Assembly: GCA_964016885.1 (NCBI GenBank)
Contig: OZ024743.1
Span: 134,664,001-134,728,000 of the forward strand
Source: Eledone cirrhosa
Lineage: Eukaryota
Direction of reading: 5' to 3'
Length of the DNA stretch: 64,000 nucleotides
The position numbers and the translations under genes were made by a program. Each line of letters opens with the position of its first letter. Positions within the stretch are counted from its first letter, which is position 1. Of this stretch, positions 1 through 11,550 are shown piece by piece. Below the pieces are notes generated by a model. That model saw only the letters and a list, made by a program, of their open reading frames with translations, searched no databases and was not told the origin of the DNA.

Positions 1-3000
1 GCTTGGTGTTTCGTGCTTGGTGCTTGGTGCTTGGTGTTTGGCGCTTGGTGCTTGGTGTTTGGTGTTTGGTGCTTGGTGTTTGGTGCTTGGTGCTTGGTGT
101 TTTGTGCTTGGTGCTTCGTGCTTGGTGTTTGGTGTTTGGTGCTTGGTGTTTGGTGTTTGCTGTTTGGTGTTTGCTGTTTGGTGTTCGCTGTTTGGTGTTT
201 GGTGTTTGCTGTTTGGTGTTTGGTGTTTGCGGTTTGGTGTTTGCTATTTGGTGTTTGTGTTTGGCGTTTGATGTTTGGCGTTTGTTGTTTGTTGTTTGCT
301 ACTTGGTGTTTGATGTTTGGTGTTTGGTGTTTGGTGTTTGCTGTTTGATGTTTGGTGATTGGTGTTTGATGTTTGGTGTTTGGTGCTTGGTGCTTGGTGC
401 TTGGTGCTTAGTGTTTTATGTTTAGCGCTTGGTGCTTGGTGTTTTGTGCTTGGTGCTTGGTGCTTGGTGTTTGGAGTTTGGTGCTTGGTGTTTGGTGTTT
501 GGTGTTTGCTGTTTGCTGTTTGCTGTTTGGTGTTTGCTGTTTGGAGTTCGCTGTTTGGTGTTTGGTGTTTGCTGTTTGGTGTTTGGTGTTTGCGGTTTGG
601 TGTTTGCTATTTGGCGTTTGGTGTTTGGCGTTTGATGTTTGGCGTTTGTTGTTTGTTGTTTGCTGTTTGGTGTTTGATGTTTGGTGTTTGGTGTTTGTTG
701 TTTGCTGTTTGATGTTTGGTGATTGCTGTTTGATGTTTGGTGTTTGGTGCTTGGTGCTTGGTGTTTTGTGCTTGGTGTTTGGTGCTTGGGGTTTGCTATT
801 CGGTGTTTTGTGTTTTTGGTGCTTGGAGCTTGGTGTTTGGTGTTTGGTGCTTGGTGCTTGGTGTTTGGTGCTTGGTGCTTGGTGTTGGTGTTTGGTGCTT
901 GGTGCTTGGTGCTTGGTGTTTGGTGTTTGCTGTTTGCTGTTTGCTGTTTGCTGTTTGTTGTTTGCTGTTTGGTGTTTTGTGTTTGCTGTTTGGTGTTTGG
1001 AGTTTGCCCTTTGGTGTTTGCTATTTGGTGTTTGGTGTTTGCTGTTTGGTGTTTGGTGTTTGGTGTTTGGTGCTTGGTGCTTTGTTTTTGCTCTTTGGTG
1101 CTTTGTGCTTGGTCTTTGGTGTTTGGTGCTTGGTGCTTGGTGTTTGGTGCTTTGTGCCTGGTGTTTGGTGTTTGGTGTTTGGTCCTTGGTGCTTGGTGCT
1201 TGGTCTCTGGTGCTTGGTGCTTGGTGTTTGGTGTTTGGTGCTTGGTGCTTGGTGTTTGGTGTTTGGTGTTTGGTGCTTGGTGCTTGGTACTTGGTGTTTT
1301 GTGTTTGGTGCTTGGTGCTTGGTGTTTGGTGCTTGGTGTTTGGTGCTTGGTGTTTGGTGTTTAGTGCTTGGTGCTTGGTATTTGGTGTTTGGTGCTTGGT
1401 TCTTGGTGTTTGGTGTTTGGTGCTTGGTGCTTGGTGTTTGGTGTTTGGTGTTTGGTGCTCGGTGCTTGGTGCTTGGTGTTTCGTGCTTGGTGCTTGGTGT
1501 TTGGTCTTTGGTGCTTGGTGCTTGGTGTTTGGTGCTTGGTGCTTGGTGTTTGGTGTTTGGCGTATGGTGTTTGGTGCTTGGTGCTTGGTGTTTGGTGTTT
1601 GCTGTTTGTTGTTTGCTGTTTGGTGTTTGCTGTTTGGTGTTTGCTGTTTGGTGCTTGGTGCTTGGTGTTTCGTGCATGGTGCTTGGTGCTTGGTGCTTGG
1701 TGTTTGGTGCTTGGTGCTTGGTGTTTGGTGCTTGGGGCTTGGTGCTTGGTGTTTGGTGCTTGGTGTTTGGTGTTTGTTGCTTGGTGCTTGGTGCTTGGTG
1801 TTTTGTGCTTGGAGCCTGGTGTTTGGTGTTTGGTGCTTGGTGCTTGGTGTTTGGTGTTTGGTGCTTGGTGCTTGGTGTTTGGTGTTTGGTACTTGGTGCT
1901 TGGTGTTTGGTGTTTGGTACTTGGTGCTTGGTGTTTGGTGCTTGGTGCTTGGTGCTTGGTGTTTGGTGCTTGGTGCTGGGTGTTTGGTGTTTGGTGATTG
2001 GTGCTTGGTGCTTGGTGATTGGTGTTTGGTGCTTGGTGCTTGGTGTATGGTGTTTGGTGCTTGGAGTTTGGTGTTTGGCGTTTGGTGCTTGGCGCTTGGT
2101 GTTTGGTGCTTGGTGCTTGGTCTTGTTGTTTGGTGCTTGGTGCTTGGTGTTTGGTGCTTGGTGCTTGTTTGCTGTTTGCTGTTTGGTGTTTGCTGTTTGG
2201 TGTTTGCTGTTTGGTGTTTGGTGTTTGGTGTTTGGTGTTTGCTGTTTGGTTCTGGGTGCTTGGTGCTTGGTGTTTGGTGTTTGGTGCTTGGTGCTTGGTG
2301 TTTGGTGCTTGGGGCTTGGTGATTGGTGTTTGGTGCTTGGTGCTTGGTGCTTGGTGCTTGGTGCTTGGTGTTTGGTGCTTGGTGTTCGGTGCTTGGTGCT
2401 TGGTGCTAGGTGTTTGGTGTTTGGTGTTTGGCGCTTGGGGCCTGGTGTTTGGCGATTGGTGCTTGGTGTTTGGTGTTTGGTGCTTGGTGCTTGGTGTTTG
2501 GTGTTTGGTGATTGGTGCTTGGTGCTTGGTGTTTGGTGTTTGGTGCTTGGAGCTTGGTGTTTGGTGTTTGGTTCTTGGTGCTTTGTTCTGGGTGCTTGGT
2601 GCTTGGTGTTTGGTGTTTGGTGCTGGGTGCTTGGTGTTTGATGCTTGGGGCTTGGTGATTGGTGTTTGGTGCTTGGTGCTTGGTGCTTGGTGCTTGGTGT
2701 TTGGTGCTTGGTGTTTGGTGCTTGGTGCTTGGTGCTAGGTGTTTGGTGTTTGGTGTTTGGCGCTTGGTGTTTGGTGTTTGGTGATTTGTGCTTGGTGTTT
2801 GGTGTTTGGTGCTTGGTGTTTGGTGTTTGGTGTTTAGTGCTTGGTGCTTGGTTCTTGGTGTTTGGTGCTCGGTGCTTGGTGCTTGGTGTTTGGTGCTTGG
2901 TGCTTGGTTCTGGGTGCTTGGTGCTTGGTGTTTGGTGTTTGGTGCTTGGTGCTTGGTGTTTGGTGCTTGGGGCTTGGTGATTGGTGTTTGGTACTTGGTG

Positions 3001-5565
3001 TTTGGTGCTTGGTGCTTGGTGCTAGGTGTTTGGTGTTTGGTGCTTGGCGCTGGGTGCTTGGTGTTTGGTGATTGGTGCTTGGTGTTTGGTGTTTGGTGCT
3101 TGGTGCTTGGTGTTTGGTGTTTGGTGCTTGGCGCTTGGTGTTTGGTGTTCGGTGCTTGGCGTTTGCTGTTTGGCGTTTGGGGTTTGGCATTTGCCGTTTG
3201 GCGTATGGGGTTTGGCGTTTGCTTTTTGGCGTTTGCTGTTTGGTGTTTGGTGCTTGGTGTTTGGTGTTTGGTACTTGGTGCTTGGTGTTTGGTGTTTGGT
3301 GCTTGGTGCTTGGTGTTTGGTGTTTGGTGCTTGGCGCTTGGTGTTTGGCGTTTGGGGTTTGGGGTTTGGCGTTTGCTTTTTGGCATTTGCTGTTTGGTGT
3401 TTGGTGTTTGGTGTTTGGTGTTTGGTGTTTGGTGCTTGGTGCTTGGTGTTTGGTGTTTAGAGCTTGGTGCTTGGTTCTTGGTGTTTGGTGCTCGGTGCTT
3501 GGTGCTTGGTGTTTGGTGCTTGGTGCTTGGTTCTGGGTGCTTGGTGCTTGGTGTTTGGTGTTTGGTGCTTGGCGCTTGGTGTTTGGTGCTTGGGGCTTGG
3601 TGATTGGTGTTTGGTACTTGGTGTTTGGTGCTTGGTGCTTGGTGCTAGGTGTTTGGTGTTTGGTGCTTGGCGCTTGGTGCTTGGTGTTTGGTGATTGGTG
3701 CTTGGTGTTTGGTGTTTGGTGCTTGGTGCTTGGTGTTTGGTGTTTGGTGCTTGGCGCTTGGTGTTAGGTGTTTGGTGCTTGGCGTTTGCTGTTTGGCGTT
3801 TGGGGTTTGGCATTTGCTGTTTGGCGTATGGGGTTTGGCGTTTGCTTTTTGGCGTTTGCTGTTTGGTGTTTGGTGCTTGGTGTTTGGTGTTTGGTACTTG
3901 GTGCTTGGTGTTTGGTGTCTGGTGCTTGGTGCTTGGTGCTTGGTGTTTGGTGTTTGGTGCTTGGCACTTGGTGTTTGGCGTTTGGCGCTTGGCGTTTGCT
4001 GTTTGGCGTTTGGGGTTTGGCATTTGCTGTTTGGCGTTTGGGGTTTGGCGTTTGCTTTTTGGCATTTGCTGTTTGGTGTTTGGTGTTTGGTGTTTGCTGT
4101 TTGGTGTTTGCTGTTTGGTGTTTGCTGTTTGGTGTTTGGTGTTTGGTGTTTGCTTGTTGGTGTTTGGTGTTTGGTGTTTGCTGTTTGGTGTTTGCTGTTT
4201 GGTGCTTGGTGCTTGGTGTTTGGTGCATGGTGCTTGGTGCTCCGTGCTTGGTGTTTGGTGCTTGGTGCTTGGTGTTTGGTGCTTGGGGCTTGGTGCTTGG
4301 TGTTTGGTGTTTGGTGTTTGGTGCTTGGTGCTTGGTGTTTGGTGTTTGGTGTTTGGTGTTTGCTGTTTGGTGCTTGGTGCTTGGTGTTTGGTGCTTGGTG
4401 CTTGGTGCTTGGTGCTTGGTGCTTGGTGTTTGGTGCTTGGTGTTTGGTGTTTAGTGCTTGGTGCTTGGTGTTTGGTGTTTGGTGCTTGGTGCTTGGTGCT
4501 TGGTGTTTGGTGTTTGGTGCTTGGTGATTCGTGATTGGTGTTTGATGTTTGGTGTTTGGTGTTTTGTGATTCGTGATTGGTGTTTGATGTTTGGTGTTTG
4601 GTGTTGGGTGTTTGGTGCTTGGGGCTTCGTGTTTGCTCTTTGGTGCTTGGTGATTGGTGTTTGGTGTTGGGTGCTTGGTGCTTGGTGTTTGGTGCTTGGT
4701 GCTTGGTGCTTGGTGCTTGGTGCTTGGTGCTTTGTGTTTATTGCTTGGTGCTTGGTGCTTGGCGATTGGTGCTTCGTGCTTGGTGTTTGATGTGTGGTGC
4801 TTGGTGTTTGGTGTTTGGTATTTGATGCTTGGTGCTTCGTGCTTGGTGTTTGGTGTTTGGTGCTTGGTGCTTGGTGTTTGGTGCTTGGGATTTGGTGCTT
4901 GGTGCTTGGTGTTTGGTGTTTGGTGTTTGGTACTTGGTGCTTGGTGTTTGGTGTTTGGTGCTTGGTGCTTGGTGTTTGGTGTTTAGTGATTGGTGCTTGG
5001 TTCTTGGTGTTTGGTGCTTGGTGGTTGGTGATTGGTGTTTGGTGCTTGGTGCTTGGTATTTGGTGCTTGGTCTTTGGTGCTTGGTGTTTGGTGCTTGGTG
5101 CTTGGTGCTTGGTGTTTGGTGCTTGGTGCTTGGCGTTTGGTGCATGGTGCTTGGTGCTTGCTGTTTGGTGCTTGGTGCTTGGTGCTTGGTGTTTGGTGTT
5201 TAGTGCTTGGTGCTTGGTGATTGGTGCTTGTTGCTTGGTGCTTGGTGTTTGGTGCTTGGTGCTTGGTGTTTGGTGTTTGGTGTTTGCTGTTTGGTGTTTG
5301 CTGTTTGGTGTTTGCTATTTGGTGTTTGGTGTTTGGTGTTTGCTGTTTGGTGTTTACTGCTTGGTGTTTGCTGTTTGCTGTTTGTTTGGTGTTTGCTGTT
5401 TGGTGTTTGGTGTTTGGTGTTTGCTGTTTGGTGTTTGGTGTTTGGTGTTTGCTGTTTGGTGTTTGGTGTTTGGTGTTTGGTGATTGGTGTTTGCTGTTTG
5501 GTGTTTGGTGTTTGGTGATTGGTGTTTGCTGTTTGGTGTTTGGTGCTTGGTGTTTGGTGTTTGGT
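1..5565 (+). repeat. Higher-order repeat, ~5.5-kb basic unit (copy A)
   Basis: The rare marker CTTAGTGTTTTATGTTTAGCGC has its ATG at 418 and recurs at 5983 (offset 5565 = 795x7). The variant order from position 1 is repeated from ~5566. Confidence 0.85.
2770..4070 (+). repeat. 623-bp (89-monomer) internal tandem duplication carrying the CpG/GGGG variant block
   Basis: Segments 2841/3464, 3026/3649 and 3072/3695 are all offset by 623. The same pair recurs at 13345/13968 (623) and at 19855/20471, 23073/23689 and 26731/27347 (616). Confidence 0.8.
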
Positions 5566-8500
5566 GATTGGTGCTTGGTGTTTCGTGCTTGGTGCTTGGT
5601 GCTTGGTGTTTGGCGCTTGGTGCTTGGTGTTTGGTGTTTGGTGTTTGGTGCTTGGTGCTTGGTGTTTTGTGCTTGGTGCTTCGTGCTTGGTGTTTGGTGT
5701 TTGGTGCTTGGTGTTTGGTGTTTGCTGTTTGGTGTTTGCTGTTTGGTGTTCGCTGTTTGGTGTTTGGTGTTTGGTGTTTGGTGTTTGGTGTTTGCGGTTT
5801 GGTGTTTGCTATTTGGTGTTTGTGTTTGGCGTTTGATGTTTGGCGTTTGTTGTTTGTTGTTTGCTATTTGGTGTTTGATGTTTGGTGTTTGGTGTTTGGT
5901 GTTTGCTGTTTGATGTTTGGTGATTGGTGTTTGATGTTTGGTGTTTGGTGCTTGGTGCTTGGTGCTTGGTGCTTAGTGTTTTATGTTTAGCGCTTGGTGC
6001 TTGGTGTTTTGTGCTTGGTGCTTGGTGCTTGGTGTTTGGAGTTTGGTGCTTGGTGTTTGGTGTTTGGTGTTTGCTGTTTGCTGTTTGCTGTTTGGTGTTT
6101 GCTGTTTGGAGTTCGCTGTTTGGTGTTTGGTGTTTGCTGTTTGGTGTTTGGTGTTTGCGGTTTGGTGTTTGCTATTTGGCGTTTGGTGTTTGGCGTTTGA
6201 TGTTTGGCGTTTGTTGTTTGTTGTTTGCTGTTTGGTGTTTGATGTTTGGTGTTTGGTGTTTGGTGTTTGCTGTTTGATGTTTGGTGATTGCTGTTTGATG
6301 TTTGGTGTTTGGTGCTTGGTGCTTGGTGTTTTGTGCTTGGTGTTTGGTGCTTGGGGTTTTCGTGCTTGGTGTTTTTTTTTTTTTGGTGCTTGGAGCTTGG
6401 TGTTTGGTGTTTGGTGCTTGGTGCTTGGTGTTTGGTGCTTGGTGCTTGGTGTTGGTGTTTGGTGCTTGGTGCTTGGTGCTTGGTGTTTGGTGTTTGCTGT
6501 TTGCTGTTTGCTGTTTGCTGTTTGCTGTTTGTTGTTTGCTGTTTGGTGTTTTGTGTTTGCTGTTTGGTGTTTGGAGTTTGCCCTTTGGTGTTTGCTATTT
6601 GGTGTTTGGTGTTTGCTGTTTGGTGTTTGGTGTTTGGTGTTTGGTGCTTGGTGCTTTGTTTTTGCTCTTTGGTGCTTTGTGCTTGGTCTTTGGTGTTTGG
6701 TGCTTGGTGCTTGGTGTTTGGTGTTTGGTGTTTGGTGCTTGGTGCTTGGTACTTGGTGTTTTGTGTTTGGTGCTTGGTGCTTGGTGCTTGGTGCTTGGTG
6801 GTTGGTGCTTGGTGTTTGGTGTTTAGTGCTTGGTGCTTGGTATTTGGTGTTTGGTGCTTGGTTCTTGGTGTTTGGTGTTTGGTGCTTGGTGCTTGGTGTT
6901 TGGTGTTTGGTGTTTGGTGCTCGGTGCTTGGTGCTTGGTGTTTCGTGCTTGGTGCTTGGTGTTTGGTCTTTGGTGCTTGGTGCTTGGTGTTTGGTGCTTG
7001 GTGCTTGGTGTTTGGTGTTTGGCGTATGGTGTTTGGTGCTTGGTGCTTGGTGTTTGGTGTTTGCTGTTTGGTGTTTGCTGTTTGGTGTTTGCTGTTTGCT
7101 GTTTGCTGTTTGGTGCTTGGTGCTTGGTGTTTGGTGCATGGTGCTTGGTGCTTGGTGCTTGGTGTTTGGTGCTTGGTGCTTGGTGTTTGGTGCTTGGGGC
7201 TTGGTGCTTGGTGTTTGGTGCTTGGTGTTTGGTGTTTGTTGCTTGGTGCTTGGTGCTTGGTGTTTTGTGCTTGGAGCCTGGTGTTTGGTGTTTGGTGCTT
7301 GGTGCTTGGTGTTTGGTGTTTGGTGCTTGGTGCTTGGTGTTTGGTGTTTGGTACTTGGTGCTTGGTGTTTGGTGTTTGGTACTTGGTGCTTGGTGTTTGG
7401 TGCTTGGTGCTTGGTGCTTGGTGTTTGGTGCTTGGTGCTGGGTGTTTGGTGTTTGGTGATTGGTGCTTGGTGTTTGGTGCTTGGGGTTTGGTGCTTGGTG
7501 CTTGGTGATTGGTGTTTGGTGCTTGGTGCTTGGTGTATGGTGTTTGGTGCTTGGAGCTTGGTGTTTGGTGTTTGGTGCTTGGCGCTTGGTGTTTGGTGCT
7601 TGGTGCTTGGTGTTGTTGTTTGGTGCTTGGTGCTTGGTGTTTGGTGCTTGGTGTTTGTTTGCTGTTTGCTGTTTGGTGTTTGCTGTTTGGTGTTTGCTGT
7701 TTGGTGTTTGGTGTTTGCTGTTTGGTGTTTGCTGTTTGGTTCTGGGTGCTTGGTGCTTGGTGTTTGGTGTTTGGTGCTTGGTGCTTGGTGTTTGGTGCTT
7801 GGGGCTTGGTGATTGGTGTTTGGTGCTTGGTGCTTGGTGCTTGGTGCTTGGTGCTTGGTGTTTGGTGCTTGGTGTTCGGTGCTTGGTGCTTGGTGCTAGG
7901 TGTTTGGTGTTTGGTGTTTGGCGCTTGGGGCTTGGTGTTTGGTGATTGGTGCTTGGTGTTTGGTGTTTGGTGCTTGGTGCTTGGTGTTTGGTGTTTGGTG
8001 CTTGGTGCTTGGTGCTTGGTGTTTGGTGTTTGGTGCTTGGAGCTTGGTGTTTGGTGTTTGGTGCTTGGTGCTTTGTTCTGGGTGCTTGGTGCTTGGTGTC
8101 TGGTGTTTGGTGCTGGGTGCTTGGTGTTTGATGCTTGGGGCTTGGTGATTGGTGTTTGGTGCTTGGTGCTTGGTGCTTGGTGCTTGGTGCTTGGTGTTTG
8201 GTGCTTGGTATTTGGTGCTTGGTGCTTGGTGCTAGGTGTTTGGTGTTTGGTGTTTGGCGCTTGGTGTTTGGTGTTTGGTGATTTGTGCTTGGTGTTTGGT
8301 GTTTGGTGCTTGGTGCTTGGTGTTTGGTGTTTGGTGCTTGGCGCTTGGTGTTTGGTGTTTGGTGCTGGGCGTTTGCTGTTAGGCGTTTGGGGTTTGGCAT
8401 TTGCTTTTTTGCGTTTGCTGTTTAGTGTTTGGTGCTTGGTGCTTGGTGTTTGGTGTTTGGTGCTTGGTGTTTGGTGTTTGGTGCTTGGTGCTTGGTGTTT

Positions 8501-11500
8501 GGTGATTGGTGCTTGGTGTTTGGTGCTTGGGATTTGGTGCTTGGTGCTTGGTGTTTGGTGTTTGGAGTTTGCTGTTTGCTGTTTGCTGTTTGGTGTTTTG
8601 TGTTTGCTGTTTGGTGCTTGGAGTTTGCTCTTTGGTTTTTGCTATTTGGTGTTTGGTGTTTGCTGTTTGGTGTTTGGTGTTTGGTGTTTGGTGTTTGGTG
8701 CTTGGTGTTTGGTGTTTGGTGCTTGGTGTTTTGTTTTTGCTCTTTGGTGATTTGGGCTTGGTGTTTGGTGTTTGGTGTTTGGTGCTTGGTGCTTGGTGCT
8801 TTGTGTTTTTGCTTGGTGCTTGGTGATTGGTGCTTGGTGCCTGGTGTTTGGTGTTTGGTGTTTGGTGCTTGGTGCTTGGTGTTTGGTGTGTGGTACTTGG
8901 TGCTTGGTGTTTGGTGCTTGGTGCTTGGTGCTTGGTGCTTGGTGCTTGGTGTTTGGTGCTTGGTGCTTGGTTCTTGGTGTTCGGTGTTTGGTGATTGGTG
9001 CTTGGTGTTTGGTGCTTGGGGTTTGGTGCTTGGTGTTTGGTGTTTGGTGCTTGGTGCTTTGTTCTGGGTGCTTGGTGCTTGGTGTTTGGTGTTTGGTGCT
9101 GGGTGCTTGGTGTTTGATGCTTGGGGCTTGGTGATTGGTGTTTGGTGCTTGGTGCTTGGTGCTTGGTGCTTGGTGTTTGGTGCTTGGTGTTTGGTGCTTG
9201 GTGCTAGGTGTTTGGTGTTTGGTGTTTGGCGCTTGGTGTTTGGTGTTTGGTGATTTGTGCTTGGTGTTTGGTGTTTGGTGCTTGGTGCTTGGTGTTTGGT
9301 GTTTGGTGCTTGGCGCTTGGTGTTTGGTGTTTGGTGTTTAGTGCTTGGTGCTTGGTTCTTGGTGTTTGGTGCTCGGTGCTTGGTGCTTGGTGTTTGGTGC
9401 TTGGTGCTTGGTTCTGGGTGCTTGGTGCTTGGTGTTTGGTGTTTGGTGCTTGGTGCTTGGTGTTTGGTGCTTGGGACTTGGTGATTGGTGTTTGGTACTT
9501 GGTGTTTGGTGCTTGGTGCTTGGTGCTAGGTGTTTGGTGTTTGGTGTTTGGTGCTTGGTGCTTGGTGTTTGGTGTTTGGTGCTTGGCGCTTGGTGTTTGG
9601 TGTTCGGTGCTTGGCGTTTGCTGTTTGGCGTTTGGGGTTTGGCATTTGCTGTTTGGCGTATGGGGTTTGGCGTTTTCTTTTTGGCGTTTGCTGTTTGGTG
9701 TTTGGTGCTTGGTGTTTGGTGTTTGGTACTTGGTGCTTGGTGTTTGGTGTTTGGTGCTTGGTGCTTGGTGTTTGGTGTTTGGTGCTTGGCGCTTGGTGTT
9801 TGGCGTTTGGCGCTTGGCGTTTGCTGTTTGACGTTTGGGGTTTGGGGTTTGGCGTTTGCTTTTTGGCATTTGCTGTTTGGTGTTTGGTGTTTGGTGTTTG
9901 GTGTTTAGAGCTTGGTGCTTGGTTCTTGGTGTTTGGTGCTCGGTGCTTGGTGCTTGGTGTTTGGTGCTTGGTGCTTGGTTCTGGGTGCTTGGTGCTTGGT
10001 GTTTGGTGTTTGGTGCTTGGCGCTTGGTGTTTGGTGTTTGGGGCTTGGTGATTGGTGTTTGGTACTTGGTGTTTGGTGCTTGGTGCTTGGTGCTAGGTGT
10101 TTGGTGTTTGGTGATTGGCGCTTGGTGCTTGGTGTTTGGTGATTGGTGCTTGGTGTTTGGTGTTTGGTGCTTGGTGCTTGGTGTTTGGTGTTTGGTGCTT
10201 GGCGCTTGGTGTTTGGTGTTTGGTGCTTGGCGTTTGCTGTTTGGCGTTTGGGGTTTGGCATTTGCTGTTTGGCGTATGGGGTTTGGCGTTTGCTTTTTGG
10301 CGTTTGCTGTTTGGTGTTTGGTGCTTGGTGTTTGGTGTTTGGTGTTTGGTGCTTGGTGCTTGGTGTTTGGTGTTTGGTGCTTGGCACTTGGTGTTTGGCG
10401 TTTGGCGCTTGGCGTTTGCTGTTTGGCGTTTGGGGTTTGGCATTTGCTGTTTGGCGTTTGGGGTTTGGCGTTTGCTTTTTGGCATTTGCTGTTTGGTGTT
10501 TGGTGTTTGGTGTTTGCTGTTTGGTGTTTGCTGTTTGGTGTTTGCTGTTTGGTGTTTGGTGTTTGGTGTTTGCTGGTTGGTGTTTGGTGTTTGGTGTTTG
10601 CTGTTTGGTGTTTGCTGTTTGGTGCTTGGTGCTTGGTGTTTGGTGCATGGTGCTTGGTGCTTCGTGCTTGGTGTTTGGTGCTTGGTGCTTGGTGTTTGGT
10701 GCTTGGGGCTTGGTGCTTGGTGTTTGGTGTTTGGTGTTTGGTGCTTGGTGCTTGGTGTTTGGTGTTTGGTGCTTGGTGTTTGCTGTTTGGTGCTTGGTGC
10801 TTGGTGTTTGGTGCTTGGTGCTTGGTGCTTGGTGCTTGGTGCTTGGTGCTTGGTGCTTGGTGCTTGGTGTTTGGTGTTTAGTGCTTGGTGCTTGGTGTTT
10901 GGTGTTTGGTGCTTGGTGCTTGGTGTCTGGTGCTTGGTGCTTGGTGCTTGCTGTTTGGTGCTTGGTGTTTGGTGCTTGGTGTTTGGTGTTTGGTGCTTGG
11001 TGCTTGGTGTTTGGTGCTTGGTGCTTGGTGCTTGGTGCTTGGTGCTTGGTGTTTGGTGTTTGGTGTTTAGTGCTTGGTGCTTGGTGTTTGGTGTTTGGTG
11101 CTTGGTGCTTGGTGCTTGGTGTTTGGTGTTTGGTGCTTGGTGATTCGTGATTGGTGTTTGATGTTTGGTGTTTGGTGTTTTGTGATTCGTGATTGGTGTT
11201 TGATGTTTGGTGTTTGGTGTTGGGTGTTTGGTGCTTGGGGCTTCGTGTTTGCTCTTTGGTGCTTGGTGATTGGTGTTTGGTGTTGGGTGCTTGGTGCTTG
11301 GTGTTTGGTGCTTGGTGCTTGGTGCTTGGTGCTTGGTGCTTGGTGCTTTGTGTTTATTGCTTGGTGCTTGGTGCTTGGCGATTGGTGCTTCGTGCTTGGT
11401 GTTTGATGTGTGGTGCTTGGTGTTTGGTGTTTGGTATTTGATGCTTGGTGCTTCGTGCTTGGTGTTTGGTGTTTGGTGCTTGGTGCTTGGTGTTTGGTGC

Positions 11501-11550
11501 TTGGGATTTGGTGCTTGGTGCTTGGTGTTTGGTGTTTGGTGTTTGGTGTT
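5566..11550 (+). repeat. Higher-order repeat, diverged copy B with an extra ~1-kb block (~8330-9300)
   Basis: Matching ORF-track segments give offsets to copy A of 5565 (418/5983), 5462 (1368/6830), 5490 (2019/7509), then 6504 (2841/9345) and 6616 (4458/11074). Confidence 0.75.

Noticed and set aside
6372-6384. Poly-T tract as a terminator or retroelement poly(A) tail
   Set aside because: There is no upstream hairpin, element body or target-site duplication. Homologous sites show it derives from eroded monomers.
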